This document shows positions 1 to 13,394 of a stretch of DNA of 64,000 nucleotides, piece after piece. The position numbers and the translations under genes are program-made. The stretch is from contig OX597820.1 of assembly GCA_951406725.2 (NCBI GenBank), forward strand, positions 56,482,001 through 56,546,000. Direction: 5' to 3'. Under the pieces are notes generated by a model that had not been told where the DNA came from, did not search any database, and saw nothing but the letters and a program-made list of their open reading frames with translations. Position 1 is the first letter of the stretch; every line of letters begins with the position of its first letter. This DNA is from Octopus vulgaris. Lineage: Eukaryota.

Positions 1-137
1 GGTTAGATATCTCTCATAGTCGCACCAAGACATGGACCCTAAGTAAGGCATGTGTAAAATTTGAATGAAATTGGTTTTGTAATTCTCAAGTTTTAGGGAA
101 ACACACAGACAGACAGACACACACACATTCTCAGTTT

Positions 138-146
<9 letters not shown>
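1..146 (+). mobile_element. Probable 3' end of a non-autonomous Helitron/Helentron-like (DINE-type) element
   Basis: Ends (CAGA)n-(CA)n-TTCTCAGTTTTATATATA, an architecture typical of DINE/Helentron-associated elements; truncated by the window edge. Confidence 0.4.
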
Positions 147-189
<43 letters not shown>

Positions 190-390
190 CTTACATACAT
201 ACATACAAACATACATACATACATACATACATACATACATACATACATACATACATACATACATACATACATGCATATATATATATCTATATACATATAT
301 ATATGTACATTTATATATTTAAATATGTATGTATGTATGTATATATATACAGACAGACAGACACGCACACACACACATACACACACACAC

Positions 391-434
<44 letters not shown>

Positions 435-938
435 ACATACATGCACACACCAATCTTATCTTTAATTGCCGCAAAATTGGCTCAAAGGCTTAAGGTTTCG
501 TGCATCGCACTTATGAACTTTCTGCCGATTAAGATTAATAAAAAAGATATATATATATAGATATATATATATATATATATATGTAGTCATATGCCGACTT
601 TCAATTGTTCTCTTTGTTCTTTTAAATATGATTGTGTTTGTATATGTGTGTATAGAGAGGATGTAAGTATTGTAAGTATATATATATATATATGTGTGTG
701 TTTGTGTGTGTGTGTGTAGATAGAGAGAGATGTAAGTATATATATTTGTGTGTGTGAGTGTATGCGTTGATGCATACATCCGTATTTTTGTTTATCTTTC
801 TTGTTTTAGTCTTTGAAACACGGCCATGCAGGGCTACCGTCTTGGAAACTTCTTAAATGTGGTGCATATTCTCTAGGTTTCTCTTGCCGAACAGCAAAAT
901 CAAAGGTGCACAAGCAAATATCGAATATCAAGCAGTTA

Positions 939-973
<35 letters not shown>

Positions 974-1545
974 TCACACACACACACACGCATGTATATA
1001 AGTACAAACATGCATACATATATACAAATACGCACACACAGCTGTCACATTGCCTTTCAAAAAGATTAGCTTTTTGCTCGCTTAAATATGAAAACTGAAA
1101 TGTTTTATTAAGTTTTTCTGATGTTATCTCCTTTTCCTTTTGAGACTTGCTGACATTTACCGCTAAGTTTTTGTTTTCGTTCTCTGAGAGGCAAATTTCG
1201 AGTCATCAAGAATTATTCTTTTTGCATACATCATTCAATTTATCCACTGGAACTATATAATTTCACTCTAGAAGTCACAAATTTGTGATCTCTAGTTTAC
1301 GAAATGATATAAATTCCTGTTGTGTCAAGAAGAGAATTTCAACGTTTTGAGCGGGTTTTTTCCTTAGAAAAATATTTATAAAGGAGCTTTTATTTTTTTT
1401 TATGACTTATGATGTGCAAGAAAAGGTTTGATCATTTTCGGGACCTTCGAGGCTGGTGATTGATACGAGGGGAGTTTTTCTCACATCAGAGTCCTGCAAA
1501 GAATTCTCTCAACAGTATGGACCCTGGAAAAGTCACCTATGGCCA

Positions 1546-2279
<734 letters not shown>

Positions 2280-2632
2280 CCATGTGCTACAACATGTATC
2301 TCATTTTTGCAATACGAAATCAGATCATAGCAAAGATAGAACAAATGCCAACATCTTCGTCGATAATAAAAAATCAATTTAAAATCGAAGTTCTCATATC
2401 AAGAACACATCAGATTTTTAAGCTGGTTGGAACAGAACAGATATTAAATTTTTATCCTAGCGAATATGCTGAGAAGTGATTTTGCTTTTGATTCAGTGAG
2501 GGAACCTATTTGTGGTCTTTTAGCCCGCGAGAAATAACAGCATAGTTTCTCTCAAATCATATCTTATTCTCTTTAATAAGGAATTATGCATCGGATTAAT
2601 GTTAAATCTGAACAAAAGCAACAACAAAAAAC

Positions 2633-3148
2633 ATAAAACTGGATGGGCACGGCTCTTCGATCTTTGATCTGCTTGATCAGAGCTGACCTGGAAGTAATCA
2701 AAATCAACAGCTGTGGCAGCAGTAATAGCAGCAGCAACAACAACAATAACAACAACAGCAGCAGCAGCAGCAGCAGCATCACCACCACCAATCAGCATAG
2801 TTATCCTTATTCGGAGTCCAAAGCCCGGCGAGATCGGTTTTGCCTTTCATCCTCCTGATGTTGATAAATGAAATTCCAAACAAGTACTTGCCACATTCTT
2901 CTCTCTCCTTGCCACATCTCTTTCTCTTTCTCTTTCTCTTTCTCTCAGTTTCCCAGAACCGGCTACATTGTGCTGTAAAGAGGGTTGTGAGGGTGTACTC
3001 ACAGCGCCCCGTCCTTCAGGAACGAAGATGCTTAAGCGAAAGGTTAACAACATCTAACAGAAGAACACTGATACATTACTGGATCCGTCTAATAACGAAC
3101 CGATTTCCGATGTTGTATGGCTGAGAGAGATAAAGAAGAAAACCATTG
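2633..3148 (+). repeat. Duplicated block, copy 1, containing an exon-like segment starting at 2957
   Basis: Collinear with the reverse complement of 5927-6470: GGATGGGCACGG, trinucleotide tract, decayed SINE, CT tract, CAG|AACCGGCTAC...AACCATTG. Confidence 0.85.
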
Positions 3149-3690
3149 CCATTAAGATATATTTTTGAATTGATAGAAATAAATATGGAAAGGAAGAGAA
3201 AATTTTTAAAAAAGCAAAACGAAACAAAAGTTGAAATTCGAATCGTCACAAAATGGCAGTTGTTTTATATTGGTAATAGTCTTGATAATTGAATTTCGAT
3301 TTGTGTTCAAATTATACTTTCAGAGTAAGCTAATGTCCAATTTCTAACTTTGCCAACAATCGATTTTGTTTTCGAGCCAGCGTGGGAGCCTCTGTTATAG
3401 CGATTCGATCTACTAGACAATACAGCCGTATATCCCTCAAATAAAATCCTTCGGCTTAACTGACACCGCTATCACTGAAAAACAAGCAACATATAAAAGA
3501 CATTTTGGAGGACGTATTGCTGGATACTTCTAGAAATATGGTATGGATATAGCTAAAATATGTTTGATTATGAGTTTCCTTAAGTCAAAGTTGACCTGGG
3601 GCTAAAAGACAATAACAATGACGGCAACAACTATAACGACAAACAACAACTACGACGACAATTACAACAACGACAATGACCGCAACAGCA

Positions 3691-4198
3691 GTGGAGGCGC
3701 AATGGCCCAGTGGTTAGGGCAGCGGACTCGCGGTCGTAAGAACGCGGTTTCGATTCCCAGACCGGGCATTGTGAGTGTTTATTGAACAAAAACACCTAAG
3801 CTCCACGTGGCTCCAGCGGTGGGGGGGGGGAGTGAATACCGCTGTACTCTTTCACCACAATTTTCTTTCACTTTTTCTTCCTACTTCTACCACAAAGAAG
3901 AGGAACCATGGTGTAACCCACTATGGTGTGGTAGTAAACTTTCAGACCCTAGTCTAGATTGCGAATCCTTTGTACCCCAGGATGTTTCAGCTCTCCACCC
4001 GTTAAAAGCCACCGTTTACGGAATGAGGATAACAACGTAGCTTTCGCGCCCGTGCAACCGCCAGTCTATCGCGTGTGGTGGGTGGATCTTCAAGTTTCCA
4101 CACGCATTCTTAGTTGTTTGGAGTAGGCTCGAATTAGAGATTGTTCTTTGTGGCTAATGGCGTGTTTACTGATTGGAAGAAGAAGAAGAAGAAGAAGA
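3691..4198 (+). mobile_element. SINE family C, (GAA)n-tailed variant
   Basis: tRNA-like head GTGGAGGCGCAATGGCCCAGTGGTTAGGGC...GGTTTCGATTCCC (A and B boxes); full-length match to 23158-23720 (-). Confidence 0.85.
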
Positions 4199-4562
4199 CA
4201 GCAACAATGGCAGTGGCAACAACGAGAACGTCAAAGACAATGGCGACGACGACGACGATGTCTGCCGCTGCCACCGCCGCCGCCACCGCCGCCTCCGCAG
4301 CCACCGCTGCCGCCGCAACCACCACTACCATATCAAAATTTTCTTCTCAGTACGCGTTTCTCTAAACATTGAAATTCGCTATTCACAATAGTGTAAAGGG
4401 CTTTTATTCAAATATTTTGTGAGCTTCATTGACGTTGTAAACCGTCTCACAAATTATTCTAGAACTGAGAAAATATGAAACATTGTAGATACCAGACTAC
4501 ACAAAACATTGTTCCAAATAGAAAAACAAAAATTGTTGACGTTAGTTTTTCTGCTTCGAAAT

Positions 4563-4838
4563 CCACCATTCCATAAACGAGTTATTTCAAGTACACTTGA
4601 AGTTTCTAAATTCTCATGATAAACTACATGCAATTCTCGCTGGAAAGAATATTCGTATTTATAGCTATTATAACTATTCATAACTATTTATAACTATTTG
4701 TAACTATTATTTGTAGCTTTTACTGATTCAATATCCATCATTCCAAAAAAAGAAGTATTTCACGTCTTGAAGTTTATAAATTCCTATGACGTCAACGACA
4801 TACAATTCTCATTGGTAAGAATGAAGTTTCTAAAATGG
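4563..4838. repeat. Degenerate tandem duplication, period ~170 bp
   Basis: CCA(C/T)CATTCCA...TTGAAGTTT(C/A)TAAATTC...CAATTCTC...TGG(A/T)AAGAAT occurs twice. Confidence 0.6.
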
Positions 4839-4970
4839 GGAGAGAAATTCGAAGTCTTTCGTTGCATACTGGCGATATGGGTTCAAGTCCTTCCCCAGAG
4901 TCACTTTTGACTTTTCTAGCCAAACAAATTTTTAAAGTCAATATTTACTTATTTCTATCGCTTCAAAATA

Positions 4971-5390
4971 TAGGGTGTCCCCTCAAAAATTGATATAATT
5001 TGAAATGTAAATTTCTGAGGAACTACATGTCGGAGACAAACGAAATTAAATTGACTTTATGCTGAACAATAAAAGATTTATCTATCAAAATTTGGACAAG
5101 AGATTCAGAGGGATGTTGATTTTACATCGATTTCCCAAAGCTTCACAAATTTTCAATATGTGCACTGGCTGTGACACGACACACGTCAAGTCGATCATCC
5201 AGTCAAACACGTTGTAGCATGTTTTGCGTAGCATTCTTCAGACCCTCAAGCTTGAGTTCCCCTAAGCTTGTAGGAAGAGGTGGGATATAGACCAGTCCTT
5301 TCACATAGCCCGAAAAGACAAAAAAATCACAGGTGAACGTGGTGGCCATTTCAGCACAACATTGTTATGATCACTGTCTTGCCCGATCCA
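4971..5390 (-). mobile_element. Tc1/mariner-superfamily transposon 3' relic
   Basis: Minus strand 5390-5143 reads WIGQ...KWPPRSP/CDFF..GYVKGLVY..PLPTSL.ELK...DRLDVCRVTASAHIENL*, with a deletion and a stop; TIR-like TAGGGTGTCC at 4971. Confidence 0.85.
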
Positions 5391-5496
5391 AACTTAGTTT
5401 TTAAATGTTTTGCTAAAATTTGATATCATTTGAGCGAGAATTGGTTATGTTATTAGACTCCGAAATGATGTCAGTCCTAAATACTTTAATAATAAT

Positions 5497-5925
5497 GAAG
5501 TGCTGGCAAAATCATTAAGACACCGGGCCAAATACTTAGCAGTATTTCGTCTGACTTTACGTACTGAGTTCAAATTTCACCAAGGTTGACTTTGCCTTTC
5601 ATCCTTTCGGGACCGATAAAATAAATACCAATTAAGCATCGGGGCCGATGTAATCGACTTACTACTTCACCCGAACTTGCTGGCCATATGCCAAAATAAC
5701 GGCTTTAATAAGGCGGCGGCGAGCTGGCAGAATCGTTAGCTAACACATCAGGCAGATTGCTTAGCGCTATTTCGTCTGCCTTGACTTTCTGAGTTCAAAT
5801 TCTGTCGACTTTGCCTTTCATCCTTTCGGGATCGATAAAAAATATATCAGTTGAGCACAGGGGTCGATATAATTGACTACCCCCTCCTTGAAATTGCTGA
5901 TCTTGTGGCAAAAATTTGAAACCAA
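5497..5925 (+). mobile_element. Two adjacent SINE family A copies
   Basis: Each has CTGAGTTCAAATT (B-box-like) and GACTTTGCCTTTCATCCTTTCGGG. Confidence 0.85.
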
Positions 5926-5926
5926 T

Positions 5927-6131
5927 AACAATGGTTCTCCTCTTTATTTCTCCTCCGTGCTATATTGGATATCGGCTCCTTCTCAGACAGATCCAGGAAT
6001 GTTTTTTTTTTTGTTTCTATTAGATGTTGCTTATCTCCCGCTTAAGCCATCTTCGTTTCTAAAGGAAGAAGCGGTGTGAATGCGCCGCCATGACACCTCA
6101 TACCGCGCAACGTAGCCGGTTCTGAGAGAGA

Positions 6132-6190
<59 letters not shown>

Positions 6191-6470
6191 GTAAATACTT
6201 GTCTGGAATTTTATCATCCGGTGGATGAAAGACAAGACTGATCTCGCCGGGATTTGGACACCGAATAAGGATGGTTGAGATATGTGGTTGTTACTGTTGT
6301 TGGTGGCGTCGTTGTCGTCGCTATGGTGGTAGTGGCAGCGGCGTACTAGTGGTGGTGGCGGCGGCGTAGTAGTGGTGGTGGTGGTGGTACTGTTGTTTTT
6401 GTTGAGTTTCAGGTCAGCGCTGATCAAACAGATCAATGATCAAAAACCCGTGCCCATCCCATTTTATATA
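5927..6470 (-). repeat. Duplicated block, copy 2 (inverted), exon-like segment starting at 6121
   Basis: (CT)n-CAG|AACCGGCTACGTTGCGCGGTATGA... with AATAAA at 5948-5943; homologous to 2633-3148. Confidence 0.85.
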
Positions 6471-7076
6471 TTTATATTCTACGAATATCTTCAGTTGTTT
6501 GTTTCAGCACAAAACACTAAACTATAGCTTTATAGTTGTCTAATGTTCGTGAGGAAATTTCAAACTTCTCTATACTTGAACTGTATTTTGTCTTTAGGGA
6601 TGAAAAAAAAATGCAGCTTTGTAAATGTTAGAAGAACGACAATTGTTTTTCCAATAATATTGAATATTTATATTTCGCATTCAACAATATATAAAAAAAG
6701 ACCTACGTTTGTTTTTGAAAATTCGTGTTTGTGAGACTTTTATCGTATGGCAACTGGGCAAATTCTTTTTGAGCAATTAAAGAAAGCTGTTTCACCTGTT
6801 CCATAATTACTACAATTGTCTATGTCAAGCCGAAAATATTTGGGCTAACTTTTTTTTGCTATGCATTCTATTGTTCACTTTTTCCGATTTAATTCAAATT
6901 TTCTACACTGTTATAATTTTGCATACTAATAATAAAAATCGCATTCAATTTTATTTTGCAGAAATTAATGACGAAAAATTTACACAATTCTGTGTTTTCT
7001 AAGATGAGGACTATTTTTTTTTACTATTATGTATTAATATTGGTCGGAATGGTGTCCTCATCTTGATTGTTGCTTT

Positions 7077-7118
7077 CACTACGTTTCGGCTGTTGTACAC
7101 TCCAGTCTTCTTCAGGTG
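7077..7118 (-). ncRNA. Minimal type-I hammerhead ribozyme motif
   Basis: CAC-CUGAAGA-A-GACUG(loop)CAGCC-GAAA-C-GUA-GUG: intact core, stem I CAC/GUG, stem II with one mismatch, palindromic ACGU stem III. Confidence 0.65.
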
Positions 7119-7181
7119 TCTTGTGATTCACCTTAATACCTTGACTGGGATTGAACTCAGAACATCTAGGTGACTGCATTG

Positions 7182-7222
7182 CATTTGAAGAAGGCTGGAT
7201 CGTACACAGCCGAAATGTAATG
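7182..7222 (+). ncRNA. Degenerate minimal hammerhead motif
   Basis: CAU-UUGAAGA-A-GGCUG(loop)CAGCC-GAAA-U-GUA-AUG; C3U core change, stem I CAU/AUG. Confidence 0.5.
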
Positions 7223-7761
7223 AAAATAACATCACTCCAACTATTATATAATATAAAAATCTCAGAAAATACAGAATTGTATTATTCAGTTGGTACGGAG
7301 CCGACATAAGATATCAATGGGGGTTTATAAGCCTTAAAATTTAAACTTTTGAAATCTTTTTCGATAATTTTAGCTAATCGGAAGCCTCCGTTATCAACAT
7401 AGCGGAAGTCACACCTGATGTCTGTTTCCACAGCAGCGAGTAAACTAGGACTTGAATTGGTTGAAACATGAAATTAGAAAAATATTTCATGCCTTAAAGT
7501 TATGTAACTTTATTTATTATTAATTTCTGCCAAAAATGAATCTGATTTTATAATTATCATACAAAACTACATCAATGTAGAAAACTTGAAGGAAATCGAA
7601 TTCAGCAAGAAAATCGCCCCACCAAAACCAAGCCGAACCAAACCAAACCAAACGAAACTGAACCTAACCGAACCGAACCAAAAAACCCCCCCCGAAAACC
7701 TAAATACTCATGATATGCAATTGAATTTAAAGTCAACTTATAATTACAGACAAAATCATCA

Positions 7762-8572
7762 GTATTCTTTTATTCTTTTATTTGCTTCAGTCATTTGCTG
7801 GAGCACCGCCTTTAGTCGAGCATATCGACCCCAGGCAGCGAGCTGGCAGAAACGTTAGCACGCCGGGCGAAATGCCTAGTGGTATTTCGTCTGCCGTTAC
7901 GTTCTGAGTTCAAATTTCGCCGAGGTCGACTTTGCCTTTCATCCTTTCGGGGTCGATAAATTAAGTACCAGTTACGCACTGGGGTCGATGTAATCGACTT
8001 AATACCTATGTCTGTCCTTATTTGTCCCCTCTGTGTTTAGCCCCTTGTGGGTAATAAAGAAATAGGCATTTCGTCTGCCGTTACGTTGTGAGTTCAAATT
8101 AAGCCGAGGTCGACTTTGCCTTTCATCCTTTCGGGGTCGATTAAATAAGTACCAATTAATCACTGGGGTCGATGTAATCGACTTAATCCCCTTGTCTGTC
8201 CCTCTATGTTTAGCCCCCTGTGGGCAATAAAGAAATGTAAAAAATCGACCCCAGGACTTATTCTTTGTAAGCCTAGTACTTATTCTATCGGTCTCTTTGG
8301 TCGAACTGCTAAGTTACAGGGACGTAAACACACCAGCATCGGTTGTGAAGCGATGTTGGCGGGGGTGGGGGGACAAACACAAACACACAAACATATATAC
8401 ATTATATATATACGACGGACTTCTTTTAGTTTCCGTCTACCAAATCACAAGGCTTTGGTCAGCCCGAGGCTATAGTAGAAGACACTTGCTCAAGGTGCCA
8501 CGCAGTGGGACTGAAGACGTAGCCATGTGGTTGGTAAGCAAGCTACTTACCACACAGCCATTCCTGCGCCTA
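7762..8572 (-). mobile_element. SINE family B interrupted by a family A dimer
   Basis: Reverse complement of the family B consensus on both sides of 7834-8237. Confidence 0.85.
7834..8237 (+). mobile_element. SINE family A with a tandemly duplicated 184-bp body
   Basis: GGCAGCGAGCTGGCAGAAACG head; GTCGAC at 7925 and 8109; ATCGACCCCAGG repeated on both sides (TSD-like). Confidence 0.9.
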
Positions 8573-8849
8573 CATGAAAACATTTTGAGTTTTATTTTGT
8601 ACTGCATATTTCCATAAGTTTATTTTAGTCGTAATATTTCTTGATGAATCAGTCAATGAATGAACGTTATAGGTACATTGCTTCAAAATATGATATATAA
8701 GCTTGAAATCTTACGTGTTCCCCCGTCATTGCTGTTGCGCAATAGGTATATACACTCCTGATGAACGTCTCTAAAAAAATAGAAAAGGTCCACTCAGAGG
8801 AAAACACCATCTATAGCATGTTCATGTAATGGCTAGTCATACAGTAAGC

Positions 8850-9440
8850 CCTTATACATAACGTTATCTATCATACGAATATCTGACAAATAACACTTGC
8901 CGAATCTTATGTATAATGTCGGGTGATTCGTCCGAGCAAATCGCAAATTTTGTAGTTTTTTAAATGCCTTCAATAAGGTGCATAAATTGTTTGTTAACTT
9001 CTGCAATTCTTTTACATGCAGTGTCATTCGATAGCGGATTAAATCTCATTTCGTTCGCAGGTTTCCATGACTAATTTTCGTGATACTACCCGCCGCAAGC
9101 AACACAAATCTTCGCTCGTCGTGTATGGTTGTTAACTTTACTAATTAAGCACGAGGCTTCGTATTTTTTCACTAAAGTATTTCTCTTGAATCGGTGTTTG
9201 TTTTTCAAAAGATTGTTTTTGTACTTTCGAAGATTTCAATGTTAAAAAAATCCAAATAAACAAACATAAAAAAAACTGATAATAATTTGCCTGCAGTAGG
9301 AAGCTTGTATAGTATCGAGATATCCTTTCGATATAGCAGGTTTCATACATTTATTCACCAAATATTTGCTAGAAATTAAGCAGACTCGGCGGTGCCCTTC
9401 ATGCTTAAGGACGAAAATAAATCCACGTTTCAACCAAGAT
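8850..9440 (-). mobile_element. Decayed hAT (Charlie/Buster, ZBED5-like) transposase fragment
   Basis: Minus-strand pieces GF...VCLISSKYLVNKCMKPA (cf. C..C..L.N.SMKPS) and PLSNDTACKRI...KFAICSDESPDI...VLFVRY (cf. PLSNNTV.RRI, F..QLDESTD, FVRY); contains stops and frameshifts. Confidence 0.8.
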
Positions 9441-10271
9441 TCGTTTTAATTTTTTTTCTTTTGCGTAGGATTGTTCACTTATAGAGTTTTGCCCACTTTC
9501 TGATTCGTGTTATTGCATCCTGTTTCTGCAGGAACTATTACTTCAGTATTATTTTTCTATGTTTTCAACATTTTTTATTAAAATAATTTAATTTTTTTTT
9601 TAGAAATTTAACCATTTATAAAATACGGCGATATTTTCAATCCCACGTATTAAAAAGCTAATTGTAACAATTTCTATGATCACTTTAAAAAAAAAAAGAA
9701 TGAAAGAAAAAAATCGGCTTCAAACGATTGCTGACGTAAGTTAGTCAAGACTAATTTATAATTGCAAACTTTTAAGTTATATAACAAAATATAAATTGAA
9801 ATATTTACGTCTTTGTTTTTATATTTATTGAATTAATTTGATATGATATAAAGTAACTTCGTAAAAACGTAAAAAAAAGTCTATATCATTATTTATTGAT
9901 TTAAATTACATACATTTCACTGTTATGTTACCTCAGCAAGTACTTTCTATTTCGACACTGTTCACTGCGTTTATATATTTCCAGATCATCATCGTAAACA
10001 TGTTACCGTATTGATAGCATTCGCAAAAACACTTGTCAATCTTAGTCTTTGGATATACGATTGAATGAATTTAAGACAGAATAGCAAGTGTCACGAAACA
10101 ATACCGACGATATTGCAAATCCTCATAGAATCAATAGTTCTTCGTAGTTTACAGATTATGGTGGTGGAGTATTGATAACAAAATATAGAATAATATCTTG
10201 TTCGTAAATGTTCGGTTCCACACTTTCATTCTATATCTTATTGACAATCTTTTTTTGTATCTATATTTCAG

Positions 10272-10272
<1 letters not shown>

Positions 10273-10313
<41 letters not shown>

Positions 10314-10350
10314 ACACATATATATATATATACATACATACATATATATG

Positions 10351-10400
<50 letters not shown>

Positions 10401-10619
10401 CATACGTATATATATGCATATATATACATACGTATATATATACATATATATACACATATCTATACACCTATATGTACATAAATACACACACATACACACA
10501 CATATATATATATATACCCTATATCTATATATATGAATGTATGTATGTATGTATATATATATGTATATATATATATGTTTGTATATATATATATATATAC
10601 ATATATATACATATGTATA

Positions 10620-10699
<80 letters not shown>
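10273..10699. repeat. (CA)n/(TA)n/(TACA)n compound microsatellite
   Basis: Directly visible. Confidence 0.95.
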
Positions 10700-10700
<1 letters not shown>

Positions 10701-10954
10701 GGATGAAAAAACGACTGTAGTAAATAAAGCTAATAACATATTTTAGTATTCTCCATGAAAGTTCCGTGACCCCAAATAATCTTTGCACAAGTATCCCGTG
10801 GGGTTGACATCACTCGTAGTTTAAGAAATTACAGTCTTACACCGAAGCAAATAAACGTGACTAGTGTCTTCTAATGCAGAAAAGAAAGAAAATAATGTTT
10901 TACAATCGAATGTCTATGTCTGAAATGTCCAGAACAAAATTCAATAACTGAGAA

Positions 10955-11101
10955 TCGTCATGGTTGTCATCGTCGTTACTGCCACCGCTACCGCGGTCAT
11001 CATCATCATCATCATCATAGTCATCACCACCACCACCACCACCACCACCACCACCACCACCACCATCATCATCATCGTTATCATCATTATTATCAACATA
11101 G

Positions 11102-11132
<31 letters not shown>

Positions 11133-11375
11133 TGTCATCATCACCACCACCACCACCACCACCACCACCACCACCACCACCACCACCACCACTACCATCA
11201 TCACCATCATCATAGTCATCATCGTTATCATCATTATTATTAACATAGTAATCATCATTGTCCTTGTTGCCATCATCAGTGCCATCACCATCATCATCAA
11301 CATCGTCGTCGTCGTCATCTTCATCATCATTATCATCATCATACTTCTCCTCCTCTTCATCACCATCATCACCAT
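10955..11375. repeat. (CAT)n/(CAC)n trinucleotide tract
   Basis: Directly visible. Confidence 0.95.
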
Positions 11376-11718
11376 AAACACTTCCAGAAGTACGAGAGCC
11401 ATGGAAGGAGTCTCAACGTGATTGCTCGCCTGCTAGAAAAAAACACCCCAAACAAACGAAAATAAGCCCTTTTATAGAGGTGGGTAGGGTGCGAATTGAG
11501 GGAGATTTAGCTGCTATTTCTAGCTGATAGATTAACCATTTAGAGGTTTCTTTCTTAATGTTCTTCATATTTTATAGCCCAGGTTTATTCTGATTTGAGT
11601 GGATGCATAATTAAAGAGCCTAAGCCATGCTCGTCACGTCTAATTTTCAGACAAATTATTCAGGAGTGTTATTCAAAGAGTGACGTGATCTATTCAAGAT
11701 GATAGAACATATAGAACA

Positions 11719-11950
11719 GGCGGCGAACTGGCAGAATTGTTAGCACACTGGGCGAAATGCTTAGCAGTATTTCGTCTGCCGCTTCGTTCTGAGTTCAAAT
11801 TCCGCCGAGGTCGACTTTGCCTTTCATCCTTTCGGCGTCGATAAATTAAGTACCAGTTACGCACAGGGTCGATGTAATCGACTTAATCCGTTTGTCTGTC
11901 ATTGTTTGTCCCCTCTATGTTTAGCCCACTTGTGGGCAATAAAGAAATAA
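11719..11950 (+). mobile_element. SINE family A with TSD
   Basis: Full head to AAAGAAATA tail; AGAACATATAGAA on both sides. Confidence 0.9.
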
Positions 11951-12046
11951 GAACATATAGAAGAGGCGCGACCAAAGCCGTGTGAGTGGATTTGGTAGAT
12001 GGAAACTGAAAGAAGCCCATCACACACACACACACATATATATATA

Positions 12047-12083
<37 letters not shown>

Positions 12084-12087
<4 letters not shown>

Positions 12088-12285
12088 TTGAAATTTAAAG
12101 AAAAACAAAAGACGAAGACAGGTATACGAATAACAAGCAAGTGTTATTGGACGCTCAAGAAAGGAAAGAAAGAAGGAAGATTTAACGTTTCGAGCGGAGC
12201 TCTTCGTCAGAAACATAGAAAAAGGAAAGGCCCAAAGAAAGGAAGACGGAGAAAGAAAATCGCCATCGATACACACGCGGTCACA
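12084..12285 (-). mobile_element. Short hammerhead-bearing element (family E) in a (TG)/(CA) tract inside a family B SINE
   Basis: Shares AAAAGACGAA(G/A)ACAGGT and ACGCTCA(A/G)GAA with 16198-16435 and with the inverted fragment 15730-15810. Confidence 0.65.
12180..12214 (-). ncRNA. Minimal type-I hammerhead ribozyme motif
   Basis: GUUU-CUGACGA-A-GAGC(UCC)GCUC-GAAA-C-GUU-AAAU; intact core, perfect 4-bp stem II, palindromic AACGUU. Confidence 0.65.
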
Positions 12286-12335
12286 CACACACACACACGC
12301 ACATTCATATATATACACACACATATATATATAAA

Positions 12336-12565
12336 GGCGGCTAGCTGGCAGAAACGTTAGCATGCCGGGCGAAGTGCTTCGCGGTATTTCACCCGTCGCT
12401 ACGTTCTGAGTTCAAATTCCGCCGTGGTCGACTTTGCCTTTCATCCTTTCGGGGTCGATAAATTAAGTACCAGTTACGCACTGGGGCCGATGTAATCGAC
12501 TTAATCCATTTGTCTGTCCTTGTTTGTCCCCTCTATGTTTAGTCCCTTGTGGGTAGTAAAGAAAC
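12336..12565 (+). mobile_element. SINE family A
   Basis: Near-consensus full-length copy. Confidence 0.9.
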
Positions 12566-13017
12566 ATATATATATATAATGTCTGTTAGTGTGTGTGTGT
12601 GTGTGCATGCGTGTGTGTGCTTGTGTCAGTGTTTATTTCCTACCACCACTGGTTCGGCAAATTGACCGATAGAATACATGCTAGGCTTGAGACAAAAAGA
12701 TAGTACTAGGGTCAATTCGCTTGACTAAAAATTCTTGAAGACGGTTCCCCCGCATGGCAGCAGCCTAATGACTCGAACAAATATAAAAGATAAACGATGT
12801 ATTCTGGGGAAGATTTATCGAAGACGTTTGGCAGCTGCCTTTGCATGCAAGTCTTCTCTCTCGATGCCAACGATGTTCACCCAAGGGAAGGTTGCCGATT
12901 TTGGCCGCCGATGTAGCTTGGCACTAATGGCATCGCATGCGCTGTTGTCAAAATGCAAAGGGCCCGAAGGTTTACCCATAGCCTCAAATAATTCTACCAA
13001 ACAACTAGCTAGGAAGT

Positions 13018-13240
13018 AGAGGCGCGTGGCTTAGTGGTTAGGGTGTTGAATTCGTGATCGCAAGATTGTGGTTTCGATTCCTGGACCGCGTGACGCGTTG
13101 TGTTCTTGAGCAACATACTCCATTCCACTGAACAGGCAAAATGAGTAATTCTCCGACGCACCGGCGTCCCTTCCAGTGGCGAATATATGTGCTTCACGGA
13201 GATCAAGAAGCCGGCCTGACGAATCTACATGACTCGGGAA
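13018..13240 (+). mobile_element. tRNA-derived SINE related to the family C head
   Basis: GAGGCGCGTGGCTTAGTGGTTAGGG...GGTTTCGATTCC...GTGTTCTTGAGCAA; related pieces at 52985-53200 and 56372-56598. Confidence 0.75.
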
Positions 13241-13394
13241 GGATCACAATCCTGGAATGGCACTTTCTTAATCCAGAAAGGTAAAGGTGTCTTCAGCGGG
13301 GTTTGAACTCGGTGTGCAGCGAGTCAAAACAAATATCATTCGGCATTCTATCCATTGCTCTAATGGTTCTGTCAATTTACAGTCGGTTTACCTT

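Larger units (their letters stand above)
6984..7280. mobile_element. Inverted-repeat element with a hammerhead motif in each arm
   Basis: ACAATTCTGTGTTTTCT...TTCTTCAGGTG mirrored by CATTTGAAGAA...AGAAAATACAGAATTGT. Confidence 0.7.

Noticed and set aside
2957-3056. PATLCCKEGC as an insulin-like A chain
   Set aside because: The final Cys is missing and the paralogous copy does not keep the cysteines in that frame
10746-10764. AGTATTCTCCATGAAAGTT shared with ~50292
   Set aside because: Isolated 19-nt match with no extension that I can see; not interpretable
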